A DNA stretch of 64,000 nucleotides. It comes from Oceanispirochaeta sp. Its GTDB lineage: Bacteria; Spirochaetota; Spirochaetia; DSM-2461. Positions 39,676 through 50,205 of this stretch are shown one piece after another. The stretch covers positions 896,001-960,000 of the forward strand of contig CAXXOA010000002.1 in assembly GCA_963666275.2 (NCBI GenBank). The letters are read 5' to 3'. A model generated the notes under the pieces. That model was given only the letters and a program-made list of their open reading frames with translations, was not told the DNA's origin and ran no database searches. The stretch's first letter is position 1. Each line of letters begins with the position of its first letter. Both the position numbers and the translations under genes were made by a program.

Positions 39676-39821
39676 CTTATACTCTCCTGATCAATTTTTT
39701 TTCTGTTTATAAATATAAAGAATATAGGTGGAAATGAAAAATTTATTGCTTTGAAAGCGTAAAATAGCCATATCTGAAAGCTAATATTGACACAAATTCA
39801 AAAAATGTAAATAATAAAATC

Positions 39822-40829
39822 ATGATAAACTCCAACAGAAATGCCGTTATTACCGGTATGGGGAAAGCCCATCCCCGCCGGAAGGTTACCAATGATGAGT
39901 TATCCCGGTGGGTTGATACATCGGATGAATGGATTGTCTCCCATACGGGGATTAAATCCAGATACCTTGTCAGCGGAGATGAAACCTGTTCATCCCTTGG
40001 TATTGAAGCGGCAAAAGCGGCTTTGGAACAGTCGGGAGTTGATCCGGACAAGATCAGCATGGTGATCTGTGCGACCTCCACACCGGATTACAAGGCTTTC
40101 CCCTCTACGGCAGCCCTTATACAGAATGCTCTGGGACTGAACCATTCAGGAGCATTCGATCTGGAAGCCGCCTGCAGCGGTTATACCTATGCCATGGATC
40201 TGGGTAGATCCCTGATTCAGTCGGGAAGTATGGATCATGTCCTTATTGTGGGAGCGGAAGTTCTCTCATCCATTGTGAACTGGAGAGACAGGAATACCTG
40301 TGTTCTTTTCGGAGACGGAGCAGGCGCTGCTGTCCTTTCGCCCACAGACGAGGACCGGGGAATCTTCCACAGTCATCTGCGGGCTCAGGGCTCAGGTGAA
40401 AAGGCTCTGATGGTGGAGAAAGGCGGTTCCGCTTCTCCCATCACGGCAGAATGGCTGCATGAGACAGAAGATCCGGCTCCCATGTATCTGTCCATGGATG
40501 GGAGGCAGGTATACAACTTTGCCGTAAAAGTTCTTGTGGAGACAATTGAAACCCTGCTTGAAAAAGCGGGAATTTCCGCAGATGAGCTGGACTATATTGT
40601 CCCGCATCAGGCGAATGTCAGAATCATTCAGGCAGCAGCCAAAAGAAGCGGAATTCCTCTGGAAAAATTTTATATAAATCTTCCCGAATACGGGAATACT
40701 TCAGCCGCTACGATTCCTATCGCTTTTAAAGAGATGGATGAGAAAGGGCTTTTGAAAAAGGGCCAGAAGATCATTACTATGGGATTCGGTGCCGGGTTAA
40801 CCTATGGAGGAAATTATTTAGTATGGTAG
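39822..40829 (+). CDS. fabH: Beta-ketoacyl-ACP synthase III
   Basis: DTSDEWI, AACSG, FGDGAGA, PHQAN, GNTSAA, GFGAG. Confidence 0.96.
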   Translation: MINSNRNAVITGMGKAHPRRKVTNDELSRWVDTSDEWIVSHTGIKSRYLVSGDETCSSLGIEAAKAALEQSGVDPDKISMVICATSTPDYKAFPSTAALIQNALGLNHSGAFDLEAACSGYTYAMDLGRSLIQSGSMDHVLIVGAEVLSSIVNWRDRNTCVLFGDGAGAAVLSPTDEDRGIFHSHLRAQGSGEKALMVEKGGSASPITAEWLHETEDPAPMYLSMDGRQVYNFAVKVLVETIETLLEKAGISADELDYIVPHQANVRIIQAAAKRSGIPLEKFYINLPEYGNTSAATIPIAFKEMDEKGLLKKGQKIITMGFGAGLTYGGNYLVW

Positions 40830-41785
40830 ACAAAAAATTGGCAATGCTTTTTCCCGGACAGGGTGCACAGTACTCCGGAATGGGAAAAGACCTGTGGGAC
40901 CGGTATGACAGTGTGAAGTCCCTTTTTGACAAAGCGTCGGAAACAGCCGGCAAGGATATGAAAAAACTCCTCTTTGACGGCTCGGAAGAGGATCTCAAAG
41001 CTACGGAGAATACCCAGGTGGCCATTACTCTGGTCAACCTTTCGGTCCGGGCGGCTCTGCTGGATGAGGGATTCGTCTCAAGCTGCGCTGCCGGGGTCAG
41101 CCTCGGTGAATATTCGGCAATGGTCGATACGGGAATCCTCACAGAGGAGGATGCTTTCACCGTTGTTACAAGAAGAGGTGAGATTATGGCCCGGGCCGGC
41201 CAGCTGGTTGTAGAAACCAGAGGGGAAGCCGGGATGGGCGCGGTCATGGGGCTGGATTTTGAAACGGTCCGCACTGTGGTGGAAGCCTCCGGGAGGGACG
41301 ATGTGTTTGCCGCCAATAACAACAGTCCCGTTCAGGTTGTTGTCTCGGGAACAAAAGAAGGTGTCGCTGCGATTCAGGACTCTCTGAAGGAAGCGGGCGC
41401 CAAAAGAGTGATTCCCCTTAAAGTCTCTGGACCGTTCCATACTCCTCTTCTGAACAGCGGGAGGGAGGAGCTGAACGCGGTGGTTTCAAAAATTGAATTC
41501 CGTGATCCTGTAAAGGATTTCTATTCCAATGTTACAGGATCGATTGTGACTACAGGAGCTGAAGTCAGGGAACTCTGTATCGAGCAGATGGTAAGTCCCG
41601 TTCAGTGGCTTGTTATAGAGAAGAATATAGGATCAGCCGGAACCGAGCTGGTTGTCGAAGCCGGGCCGGGCAATGTCCTTACCGGTCTATGGAGTAAATC
41701 CGGAATGGAGCAGAAGTGCTGGACCTGCGGTAAGGTTGAAGGACTGGATCAATTTCTGGAAGCAGTGAAAGGAGACGCAAAATGA
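40823..41785 (+). CDS. fabD: Malonyl-CoA:ACP transacylase
   Basis: FPGQGAQ, GVSLGE, RG, SGPFHT, PVQW. Confidence 0.94.
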   Translation: MVDKKLAMLFPGQGAQYSGMGKDLWDRYDSVKSLFDKASETAGKDMKKLLFDGSEEDLKATENTQVAITLVNLSVRAALLDEGFVSSCAAGVSLGEYSAMVDTGILTEEDAFTVVTRRGEIMARAGQLVVETRGEAGMGAVMGLDFETVRTVVEASGRDDVFAANNNSPVQVVVSGTKEGVAAIQDSLKEAGAKRVIPLKVSGPFHTPLLNSGREELNAVVSKIEFRDPVKDFYSNVTGSIVTTGAEVRELCIEQMVSPVQWLVIEKNIGSAGTELVVEAGPGNVLTGLWSKSGMEQKCWTCGKVEGLDQFLEAVKGDAK

Positions 41786-42510
41786 GTCAGAGAGTTCTGG
41801 TAACCGGAGGATCCCGGGGTATAGGAAAAGAAATAGTCAGTGTATTTCTGGAAAATGGTGCGGAAGTGCATTTTATAAGTACCAGTCCCAGTCCCCATCA
41901 GGAGGAGCTGGAGAAACTGGCAGCGGAACATAATACCACTGTCACCTGGCATCAGGGAAATGTGGCCGATGAAGAGCAGATGACTGCGATCGTCGAACCT
42001 CTGGCGAAAGAGGGTCTGGATGTGGTTGTGAACAATGCGGGAATCACCCGGGACGGACTGATCTTCCGGATGTCTAAAGACCAGTGGGACCAGGTTATGA
42101 ATGTAAACCTGACAAGCACCTTTCTGGTATCAAAAATTGCGGCTTCCCAGATGATCCGTAAAAGAAGCGGAAGCATCATTAATATTTCCAGCGTGGTCGG
42201 TGTGACTGGGAATGCGGGACAGACCAACTATGCCGCATCCAAAGCGGGGATGATCGGTTTTACCAAGAGCCTCGCCAAGGAAGTGGCCGGCAGAAATGTT
42301 CGGGTTAACGCCGTGGCTCCCGGTTTTATCGAATCCGATATGACCGCCGCCCTGAGTGAGAAGGTGATGGAAGAGCTGAAAGGTCAGATCCCCATGGGAA
42401 GAACCGGTCAGGCCCGTGAGATTGCCGATGTTGTCTATTTCCTGGCTTCGGATAAAGCTTCCTATGTCACAGGGCAGACAATTAACGTTAACGGCGGAAT
42501 GGCCATGTAG
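41782..42510 (+). CDS. fabG: 3-oxoacyl-ACP reductase
   Basis: TGGSRGIG, NNAGITRD, YAASK. Confidence 0.96.
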   Translation: MSQRVLVTGGSRGIGKEIVSVFLENGAEVHFISTSPSPHQEELEKLAAEHNTTVTWHQGNVADEEQMTAIVEPLAKEGLDVVVNNAGITRDGLIFRMSKDQWDQVMNVNLTSTFLVSKIAASQMIRKRSGSIINISSVVGVTGNAGQTNYAASKAGMIGFTKSLAKEVAGRNVRVNAVAPGFIESDMTAALSEKVMEELKGQIPMGRTGQAREIADVVYFLASDKASYVTGQTINVNGGMAM

Positions 42511-42650
42511 ACGGCATGCCGTTGACGGATGATAGAGCCGTCCATTGGCTGGATTCTGATTCCGGTATAGGATTGACCGGAAAAAAAACATATTCCCCTG
42601 TTAGGGGAATATCTGATTTTGAAAGATTACTCTGGAAGGAGAGATAGGAT

Positions 42651-43892
42651 ATGTCAAAAAGAGTTGTTGTCACTGGACTGGGAACTGTAAACCCGGTTGG
42701 TAAGGATATTAAAGAGTTCTGGGATGGACTGAAAGCCGGTAAAATCGGGATCGGACCCCTCACAAAGTTTGATGCATCCGAATTCCCCGTTAAAATTGCC
42801 GGTGAGATCAAAGATTTTGATCCCTCTGTGAGAATTGATAAAAAAGAAGCCAGGAAGATGGCTCTCTTTACGCAGTATGCTGTATATGCCGCAAAAGAAG
42901 CCTTTGATGATTCCGGGCTTTCCGAAGGAAACTATGATTCCAACCGGGTCGGCGTGGTTCTCGGAAACGGAATCGGCGGATTTGAAGTTATCGAAGAGGG
43001 AATCACCCGTCTCAACGACAGAGGTCCTGCCGGTGTTCCCCCCATGTCTGTTCCCAAAATGATCGATAACGAAGGTCCCGCGAATGTGGCGATCTCTCTG
43101 GGTTTTCACGGTCCCTGTTCCGTTATTTCCACAGCCTGTGCCAGTGCTACCGATGCGGTGGGTCAGGCAATGATGATGATCAAAAGCGGTATGGCCGACT
43201 GTATTTTCACAGGCGGTATGGAAGCGGCGATCACACCCTTCGGTATTGCCGGATTTGCCAAGATCCAGGCTCTCTCCACAAAAAATGATTCACCTGAAAC
43301 TGCCTGCCGGCCTTTTGACAAAGACAGGGACGGTTTTATCATGGGCGAAGGAGCAGGTATCCTGGTTCTGGAGGAGCTGGAACACGCAAAGAAAAGGAAT
43401 GCTCCTATCTATGCGGAAATCGTCGGATACGGTGCCACCTGTGATGCGGGACACCTGACGGCTCCCGACCCCGAAGGGATCGGAGCGGCCCGCTCCATGG
43501 CCGTCGCTCTGGAAAGTGCCGGACTGAAGCCCGAAGACATTGACTATATCAATGCCCACGGTACATCCACTCCCACCAACGATCCCATTGAAACCAAGGC
43601 CATCAAAAAAGCTTTCGGGGATCATGCCTACAAACTGAAGATCTCTTCCACCAAATCCATGACGGCCCATATGGTCGGAGGAGCCGGTGGTGTGGAAGCT
43701 ATTGTCTGTGTCCTGGCTATCAAGGATTCCTTTATGCCCGGTACAATGAACCTGGACAATCCCGAAGAGGGATGCGATCTGGATTTCCTGGCAGGTGCCG
43801 GAAAAGAAGCCCCCGTCCGGGCGGCCCTGAGTGACTCTCTCGGCTTCGGCGGTCATAATGCTTCTATCATTTTTAAAAAATACGAGGACTGA
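42651..43892 (+). CDS. fabF: Beta-ketoacyl-ACP synthase II
   Basis: RVVVTGLG, TACAS, NAHGTST, SSTKSMTAH, GFGGHN. Confidence 0.96.
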   Translation: MSKRVVVTGLGTVNPVGKDIKEFWDGLKAGKIGIGPLTKFDASEFPVKIAGEIKDFDPSVRIDKKEARKMALFTQYAVYAAKEAFDDSGLSEGNYDSNRVGVVLGNGIGGFEVIEEGITRLNDRGPAGVPPMSVPKMIDNEGPANVAISLGFHGPCSVISTACASATDAVGQAMMMIKSGMADCIFTGGMEAAITPFGIAGFAKIQALSTKNDSPETACRPFDKDRDGFIMGEGAGILVLEELEHAKKRNAPIYAEIVGYGATCDAGHLTAPDPEGIGAARSMAVALESAGLKPEDIDYINAHGTSTPTNDPIETKAIKKAFGDHAYKLKISSTKSMTAHMVGGAGGVEAIVCVLAIKDSFMPGTMNLDNPEEGCDLDFLAGAGKEAPVRAALSDSLGFGGHNASIIFKKYED

Positions 43893-43897
43893 GACAT

Positions 43898-44323
43898 ATG
43901 TCAGAAATGGAAAAATTACTGCCCCACAGGGCACCCTTCCTGTTTGTAGACAGGCTGGAGAATATTGATGAAAAAGGTATCACAGGATACAGAAAGTTTA
44001 CGGACGAGGATTTTTTCTTCAAAGGACACTTTCCCGGTTATCCCGTTGTTCCCGGTGTTATCCTGATTGAGTCCATGGCTCAGGCAGGGGGAGCGGGCCT
44101 GAAAAAGCAGGGTCTGGGCGGAGAGAAAGATCTGTTCTTCCTTGCCTCTGTTGAAAAGGCCAAATTCCGCCGTCAGGTGGTTCCCGGTGATGAAGTCCGT
44201 ATGGAAGTTGTCAATGAAAGGGTTTCGGGGATGATGATCAAGCAGAGCGGAAAAGCCTATGTGGGCGACGAGCTTGCATGTGAAGCCTCATGGCTCTGTA
44301 TCATGAAAAAAGAGGAGGCCTGA
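43898..44323 (+). CDS. fabZ: 3-hydroxyacyl-ACP dehydratase
   Basis: LPHRAPFLFVD, GHFPG.PVVPGVILIESMAQ. Confidence 0.95.
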   Translation: MSEMEKLLPHRAPFLFVDRLENIDEKGITGYRKFTDEDFFFKGHFPGYPVVPGVILIESMAQAGGAGLKKQGLGGEKDLFFLASVEKAKFRRQVVPGDEVRMEVVNERVSGMMIKQSGKAYVGDELACEASWLCIMKKEEA

Positions 44324-44326
44324 GGC

Positions 44327-45514
44327 ATGCTTATTACTCCCAAGATTATCAATAACATCTGTCTGACCACACATCCTGAAGGGTGTGAAAAAGAGGTTAT
44401 GAACCAGATTGACTATGTAAAGTCCCAGCCGAAGATTGATATGCCCAAAAAGGTCCTTGTTGTGGGATGCTCTACCGGTTTCGGTCTGGCTTCCCGTATC
44501 TCCGCGGCCTTTGCCGGTGGTGCGGAGACTCTGGGGGTTTCCTTTGAAAAACCCCAGACGGCAAAACGGCCGGGAACTCCCGGCTGGTATAATAACAGGG
44601 CTTTCGACAGGGCCTCCGCTGCAGAGGGGCTCAAATCCCATACTCTGGACGGAGACGCTTTTTCTGATGAAATGAAGGCTCAGGCTATTTCATGGATCAG
44701 GGAGAACTGGGGAGAAGTTGATCTGATTGTTTACTCTCTGGCCTCTCCCGTCAGGGTCGATCCGGAAACCGGAGAAACCTACAAGTCCGTTCTGAAGCCC
44801 ATCGGAAAGCCTTTTACGGCTCTTTCGGTTGACTATATGAAAGAGACTGTCAATGAGGTGACCATCGAACCCGCCGATGACGGGGATGTGGAACCCACCG
44901 TGAAGGTCATGGGTGGTGAAGACTGGATCCGCTGGATCTCCCAGATGAAAGAAGCCGGAGTTCTGGCTGAAAACTGTAAAACCGTTGCCTACTCCTATAT
45001 AGGCCCCGAGGTTACCTATGCTGTTTACAGAGAAGGAACCATCGGTAAAGCCAAAGAGCATCTGGAGGCCAGCTCCAGAACTCTGAACGATATGCTGAAA
45101 GATCTGAAGGGTGAGGCTTTTGTTTCTGTAAATAAAGCTCTTGTGACCCGTTCCAGCGCCGTTATTCCTGTTGTTCCTCTCTACATCGCCCTGCTTTTCA
45201 GAGTGATGAAAGAGAAAGGAATCCATGAGGGCTGTATTGAACAGATGTACCGCCTTCTGTCTGACCGTCTGTATGGTAAGGGCGAGGTTCCTGTGGATGA
45301 TCAGGGACGGATCCGTGTGGATGACTGGGAGATGAGAGAAGATGTTCAGCAGGCTGTCTCTGAACTCTGGGATCAGGTAAATTCCGGGAATGTATCCGAA
45401 TTGTCGGATATTAAGGGATTCCGTGAGGATTATCTTAAACTTCATGGTTTCGCAATAGATGGAATCGACTATGATAAGGAGGTAGATCTTTCAGCAAATT
45501 TAGAGCAGGAATAA
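44327..45514 (+). CDS. fabV: Enoyl-ACP reductase FabV / trans-2-enoyl-CoA reductase
   Basis: HPEGC, GCSTGFG, GDAFS, YSLASP, VMGGEDW, YSYIG..YREGTIGKAK, HEGCIEQ. Confidence 0.93.
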   Translation: MLITPKIINNICLTTHPEGCEKEVMNQIDYVKSQPKIDMPKKVLVVGCSTGFGLASRISAAFAGGAETLGVSFEKPQTAKRPGTPGWYNNRAFDRASAAEGLKSHTLDGDAFSDEMKAQAISWIRENWGEVDLIVYSLASPVRVDPETGETYKSVLKPIGKPFTALSVDYMKETVNEVTIEPADDGDVEPTVKVMGGEDWIRWISQMKEAGVLAENCKTVAYSYIGPEVTYAVYREGTIGKAKEHLEASSRTLNDMLKDLKGEAFVSVNKALVTRSSAVIPVVPLYIALLFRVMKEKGIHEGCIEQMYRLLSDRLYGKGEVPVDDQGRIRVDDWEMREDVQQAVSELWDQVNSGNVSELSDIKGFREDYLKLHGFAIDGIDYDKEVDLSANLEQE

Positions 45515-45638
45515 TCCTGTACAGCAGTTGTTAATTGACACATGTATCTGCCGCAGGTTCTGATGGCAGTTACCTTTGAAAATCGCATTAAGGCTGCTCC
45601 TGTCAGGACCAGCCTTTTTTTTGTATAATGGATGAACC

Positions 45639-46235
45639 ATGCCGAAAATAATTGATCATAAGAAAAGAAAACAGGAAATTCTCAAAAGGGCTTTCGTCAT
45701 ATTCGCCCGTCGGGGGTATCAGGATACGAACCTTTCCTATATCGCCGACAGATGCGGGATCTCCCGTCCTACTCTTTATCTCTATTTCAAGGATAAAGAA
45801 GAGATCTTCTACTATGCAGTAAAAGAAATGACTCATAGTATGTTTAAACAGTATAAAGAGCTCTTTGATACGGAACACATGACCCAGCTTGAGAAACTGA
45901 AATTCATCTGCTCCGATATTATCCGGATCTCTTTCCGTCAGAAGGATTTCTACTACAGTCTGGCTGATTTTCTTTTCCAGATGAAACGGCAGGGAATGGA
46001 CTATTCCCGGGAAATCCAGAAACGGACCGTGGGTCTGACATTTCTGCTTGCCAGGATCATACGGAAAGGTGTTGAGAATGGCGAATTCCGGGAAATGGAT
46101 CCCAAAGATATGGCCTTTCAGCTTTTCAATATGCTCCAGGCCTTCGCCTTCCAGATCGCCCTGATCGAGACGTTCAAACCCGAACCGGCTATCGCGGCGA
46201 TTACATCCTATCTCGACAGTTTCGGTTCCAGCTGA
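45639..46235 (+). CDS. TetR/AcrR family regulator
   Basis: MPKIIDH, IADRCGISRPTLYLYFKDKEEI. Confidence 0.92.
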   Translation: MPKIIDHKKRKQEILKRAFVIFARRGYQDTNLSYIADRCGISRPTLYLYFKDKEEIFYYAVKEMTHSMFKQYKELFDTEHMTQLEKLKFICSDIIRISFRQKDFYYSLADFLFQMKRQGMDYSREIQKRTVGLTFLLARIIRKGVENGEFREMDPKDMAFQLFNMLQAFAFQIALIETFKPEPAIAAITSYLDSFGSS

Positions 46236-46923
46236 GCAGCGCTTCTTTCAACTCTCCGAAATCGGATACTTCCATATCCGGTTTCCAGGGAGACTGATTC
46301 TCCCATTTCCCCGGGTTGTACCAGCAGGTACTGATCCCCGCCTGAATGCCTCCGGCTATATCCGATGTCAGACTGTCCCCTATGATCAGGACTTTTTCCG
46401 ACAGGGGCACTCCCATGTTTTCAGAAACAATCTCAAAAATCTCTCTGGAGGGTTTGGCGTATCCCACATCCTCCGAAATGGTGAAGCTTGTGAAATTCAA
46501 CTGGAATTCCCGCCTGTCCAGCCTGTTTTTCTGGACCCCAGAGAGCCCGTTGGTAATGACTCCCATGGCATAACCGGCTTCAGCCAGTTCGGTAATCAGG
46601 CTGACCGCTCCAGGATAGAAGTGGGATTCCTTTCCCAGGTAGTGCAGATACATTTCAGACAGTTCCTCCGGATCCCGAGAAGAGGGCAGATCCCGGCTGA
46701 ATCTTCTGAAACGCTCGGTTTTCAGTTCTTTTCCTGTTATGAACCCCTGCTCCAGTTCGAGCCAGATCGCATCATTGACTTTATGATATATTTTTCGGAA
46801 CTCTTCGGGGGGGAGGGGATTGTCCATCGCCTCCCGGAGGTTCTCCAGAGCATTGGTTTCGGCAAGTCTGAAATCCAGAAGGGTTCCGTCCAGATCGAAT
46901 AAAAGGGTTTCATATTTCTGCAT
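46201..46923 (-). CDS. YjjG-like HAD nucleotidase
   Basis: FDLDGTLLDF, ITNG, KP, IGDSLTSDI. Confidence 0.9.
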   Translation of the reverse strand: MQKYETLLFDLDGTLLDFRLAETNALENLREAMDNPLPPEEFRKIYHKVNDAIWLELEQGFITGKELKTERFRRFSRDLPSSRDPEELSEMYLHYLGKESHFYPGAVSLITELAEAGYAMGVITNGLSGVQKNRLDRREFQLNFTSFTISEDVGYAKPSREIFEIVSENMGVPLSEKVLIIGDSLTSDIAGGIQAGISTCWYNPGKWENQSPWKPDMEVSDFGELKEALLSWNRNCRDRM

Positions 46924-46998
46924 CTGTTTATCCTAGCAAAAAAGAGGCTCTTGCTGAACCCGTTTCTCCAGAGGAACAGGCAGCTCCGGGGAATGCAG

Positions 46999-47044
46999 AA
47001 AAGGCACTTCCTGCAGAGATCGGATCATCTCTGAAAGAAGTGCC
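46999..47044 (-). terminator. Hairpin downstream of NCS2 permease
   Basis: GGCACTTC..CAGAGAT/ATCTCTG..GAAGTGCC with an A run on its left. Confidence 0.6.
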
Positions 47045-47066
47045 CCACAGGAAAGAAAAGCTATTC

Positions 47067-48350
47067 CTAGACGAAAAATTTCAGAACAAAAATGGCCGCT
47101 ACAATGTAGGTGAGAACAGGAACTTCCTTGCCTTTTCCTGTAAAGAGTTTCATAAGGACATAGGAGATAACTCCGAAGACGATTCCTTCTGAAATGCTGT
47201 AGGCCAGGGGCATCATAATAATAGTCAGAAATGCCGGAAGGGCTTCTGTGATCTCATCCAGTTCAATATCTTTGATGGGGCTCATCATGAAAAGTCCCAC
47301 TAGGATAAGAGCAGGGGCTGTGGCAGCGCCGGGGATCATTATGAAAAGGGGAGAAAGAAAGAGAGCTATAAAGAAGAGGACTGCGGTCGTCAGTGCGGTG
47401 AGCCCGGTTTTGCCCCCTTCCTCGACGCCGGCAGCACTTTCCACGTATGTGGTTACAGTACTGGTTCCCAGTATGGCTCCAACGGTTGTTCCCACCGCAT
47501 CGGCCATCAGAGCTTCTTTGACTCTGGGGAGTTTTCCCTCGCTGTCCAGCAGCTTGGCTTTGGTTGAAACTCCGATCAGAGTTCCCACCGTGTCAAACAT
47601 ATCCACCATAAGGAAGGTGAAAAGAACAATCAGCATATCCAGTGTGAAAATCTGGGAAAAATCGAATTTGAAAAATATAGGTGCCAGAGAGGGAGGAGCC
47701 CAGGATCCGGAAGGTGCCTGAGTCAGACCCAGGGGAAATCCTATCACTGTGGCTGCCAGAATTCCTATAAGCAGGGCTCCTTTGACCTTGAACGCCAGGA
47801 GAAGACCGGTAAGGATCAATCCGATCAGGGCCAGCTGGAATTCGGGGGTCCCTATGGATCCCAGTCCCACAGTTGTTCCCGGATTGGCTACGATGATTTT
47901 GGCATTGCTGAGGCCGATAAAAGCAATAAAAAGGCCTATACCGACGGAGATCGCTTTTTTGATATTGGGAGGTATGCAGTTGATGATGGCTTCCCGTACA
48001 TTCAGAAAGGTCAGAACGATAAAAATGATACCTTCCAGAAAGACGGCGGTCAGGGCAAACTGCCAGCTGTAGCCCATTCCTATACAGACGGTATAGGCAA
48101 AAAAGGCATTCAGCCCCATTCCCGGGGCCAGGGCAAAGGGGAGTTTTGCCACCAGGGCCATCACAAGGGTGGCGATCAGTGATGAGAGAGCTGTGGCTGT
48201 AAATACGGCGCCGAAATCCATTCCGGTTTCGCTGAGGATCAGAGGGTTTACGATGAGAATGTAAGCCATGGTCAGAAAGGTGGTGATTCCCGCAATGACT
48301 TCGGTTTTCACATCAGTTCCGTGTTCTTTCAGCTGAAAAAACTTTTCCAT
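47067..48350 (-). CDS. NCS2/AzgA purine permease
   Basis: TTFLTMAYI.VNP, APGMGLNAFF, DMFDTVGT, YVESAAG. Confidence 0.94.
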   Translation of the reverse strand: MEKFFQLKEHGTDVKTEVIAGITTFLTMAYILIVNPLILSETGMDFGAVFTATALSSLIATLVMALVAKLPFALAPGMGLNAFFAYTVCIGMGYSWQFALTAVFLEGIIFIVLTFLNVREAIINCIPPNIKKAISVGIGLFIAFIGLSNAKIIVANPGTTVGLGSIGTPEFQLALIGLILTGLLLAFKVKGALLIGILAATVIGFPLGLTQAPSGSWAPPSLAPIFFKFDFSQIFTLDMLIVLFTFLMVDMFDTVGTLIGVSTKAKLLDSEGKLPRVKEALMADAVGTTVGAILGTSTVTTYVESAAGVEEGGKTGLTALTTAVLFFIALFLSPLFIMIPGAATAPALILVGLFMMSPIKDIELDEITEALPAFLTIIMMPLAYSISEGIVFGVISYVLMKLFTGKGKEVPVLTYIVAAIFVLKFFV

Positions 48351-48477
48351 AGAGACTCCTTAAGTTTAAATTTCCAGATATTATTGTAAAACCTATTTAA
48401 CTGAACAATCAATCAATAGTTGAAAATATCGAAGAAAGTCAGACAAGATTATGCTATATTCTGAATTGGAGGTCTTT

Positions 48478-50202
48478 ATGGAGTTGAAACAGTTTATAGA
48501 TGCCGCCGCCGGAAGAAAAAAAGCGGATATTGTTTTCAGAAACGGAAAAATCATCAATGTTTTCACAGGAGAAATCCAGGAAAACAGCCTGGCTGTGAAA
48601 GACGGTATCATTCTGGGCTACGGCGCCTACGAAGGCAGGGAGGAGGTTGACCTGGAAGGAGCCTATCTGGCTCCAGGATTCATCGATGCCCATGTCCATA
48701 TAGAATCCTCCCTTTCCACTCCCGAAAATTTCTCCTCCCTTGTAGTCCCCCGGGGAACTACCACTGTGATTGCCGATCCTCATGAGATTGCCAATGTATG
48801 CGGTCTGGACGGCATACGCTATATGCTGGACGCTTCGGAAAACCTTCCCCTGGACTGCCTTTTCATGCTTCCCTCCTGTGTTCCCGCCACGCCTTTCGAG
48901 AATGCCGGTGCTGTCCTGGAGGCGGAGGACCTGGCTCAGCTGATTGACCGGGACCGCGTCCTGGGCCTGGGAGAGATGATGAACTATCCCGGCCTGATCG
49001 GAGGAGATGATAAAGTCCTGGCAAAAATCCGCCTGGCCCGGGAGAGGGGAAAGCCCATTGACGGTCACTCTCCCATGGTGGAAAGGAAGGACCTGAACGC
49101 CTATGCCGGTGCGGGAGTCATGACCGATCATGAGTGTGCCACTCCCGATGAAATGAAAGACCGCCTGAGAAGGGGCATGTATGTGCTGATCCGGGAGGGG
49201 TCGGCTGCCCGGAATCTGACAAGCCTTGTGACAGCGGTAAACGCCAATAATGTCAGGCGCTGTGCGTTCTGTACCGATGACAAACAGCCCGAAGACATCA
49301 TCCAGGATGGTCATATCAATTACAGCATCAGAGAGGCTGCCTCTATGGGACTCAATCCCCTCTGGGCTATTCAGATGGCGACCATTAATGCCTGCGAGTG
49401 TTACGGCCTGAAAGGCAAGGGCGCACTGGCTCCCGGGTATGCTGCCGATATGGTTGTGCTGAAGGACCTGGAAAGTTTTCAGGTCCAGCAGGTTTATAAA
49501 GACGGAGAACTGGTGGCCCGGGATGGAAAGATTCTGAAAAGTTCAGAACAGAATCCCGGCGACGCCGTGAGGGATACCGTCCGGATCAGAGAGCTGTCAG
49601 CCGGTGATTTCCGGATGTCCCTGGAAACGGACCTGGCCCGGGTTATACGGATACTGCCCCATTCGATCGTTACGGAAAGTGCTGTGCGGAAAGTCGACAG
49701 GGATCAGGAGGGTTATTTTATCAATCATCCCCATCTGGATATCCTGAAAATGGCTGTGATCGAGAGGCACGGCGGTAAGGGGCATATCGGTTTGGGGCTT
49801 GTGGAAAACTACAGAATGAAGGGGGGCGCTGTGGCATCCTCCATCGCCCATGATTCCCATAATCTTATAGTCATAGGCGACAGTGATGAAGATATGGCAC
49901 AGGCCGTGAATGAACTGGCCGGGAGCGGCGGAGGCATCTGCGTTGTCTCCGGCGGAAAGGTTCTGGGAAAACTGGATCTGCCCATTGCCGGCTTGATGTC
50001 TGATCAGCCTGCTGAAAAGGTCAGCGCCATCCTCAAAGATATGCTGGAGACGGCCCGGACCCATCTGGGGGTCAATCCGGATCTGGATCCCTTTATGACC
50101 CTGGCCTTTATGGCTCTTCCTGTAATTCCGGAGCTGAAACTGACTGATGAAGGCCTTTTTGATGTGACAAACTTTCAGTTTGTGGATCTGTGCATCAAAT
50201 AA
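48478..50202 (+). CDS. ade: Adenine deaminase
   Basis: DAHVHIESS, DPHEIANV, EMMN, DGH, DHE, REGS, CTDD, AHDSHN; GGAGG RBS. Confidence 0.96.
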   Translation: MELKQFIDAAAGRKKADIVFRNGKIINVFTGEIQENSLAVKDGIILGYGAYEGREEVDLEGAYLAPGFIDAHVHIESSLSTPENFSSLVVPRGTTTVIADPHEIANVCGLDGIRYMLDASENLPLDCLFMLPSCVPATPFENAGAVLEAEDLAQLIDRDRVLGLGEMMNYPGLIGGDDKVLAKIRLARERGKPIDGHSPMVERKDLNAYAGAGVMTDHECATPDEMKDRLRRGMYVLIREGSAARNLTSLVTAVNANNVRRCAFCTDDKQPEDIIQDGHINYSIREAASMGLNPLWAIQMATINACECYGLKGKGALAPGYAADMVVLKDLESFQVQQVYKDGELVARDGKILKSSEQNPGDAVRDTVRIRELSAGDFRMSLETDLARVIRILPHSIVTESAVRKVDRDQEGYFINHPHLDILKMAVIERHGGKGHIGLGLVENYRMKGGAVASSIAHDSHNLIVIGDSDEDMAQAVNELAGSGGGICVVSGGKVLGKLDLPIAGLMSDQPAEKVSAILKDMLETARTHLGVNPDLDPFMTLAFMALPVIPELKLTDEGLFDVTNFQFVDLCIK

Positions 50203-50205
50203 CGC

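Noticed and set aside
48351..48477. Purine riboswitch ahead of NCS2 or ade
   Set aside because: The gap is short, AT-rich and holds promoter elements; no aptamer core recognisable
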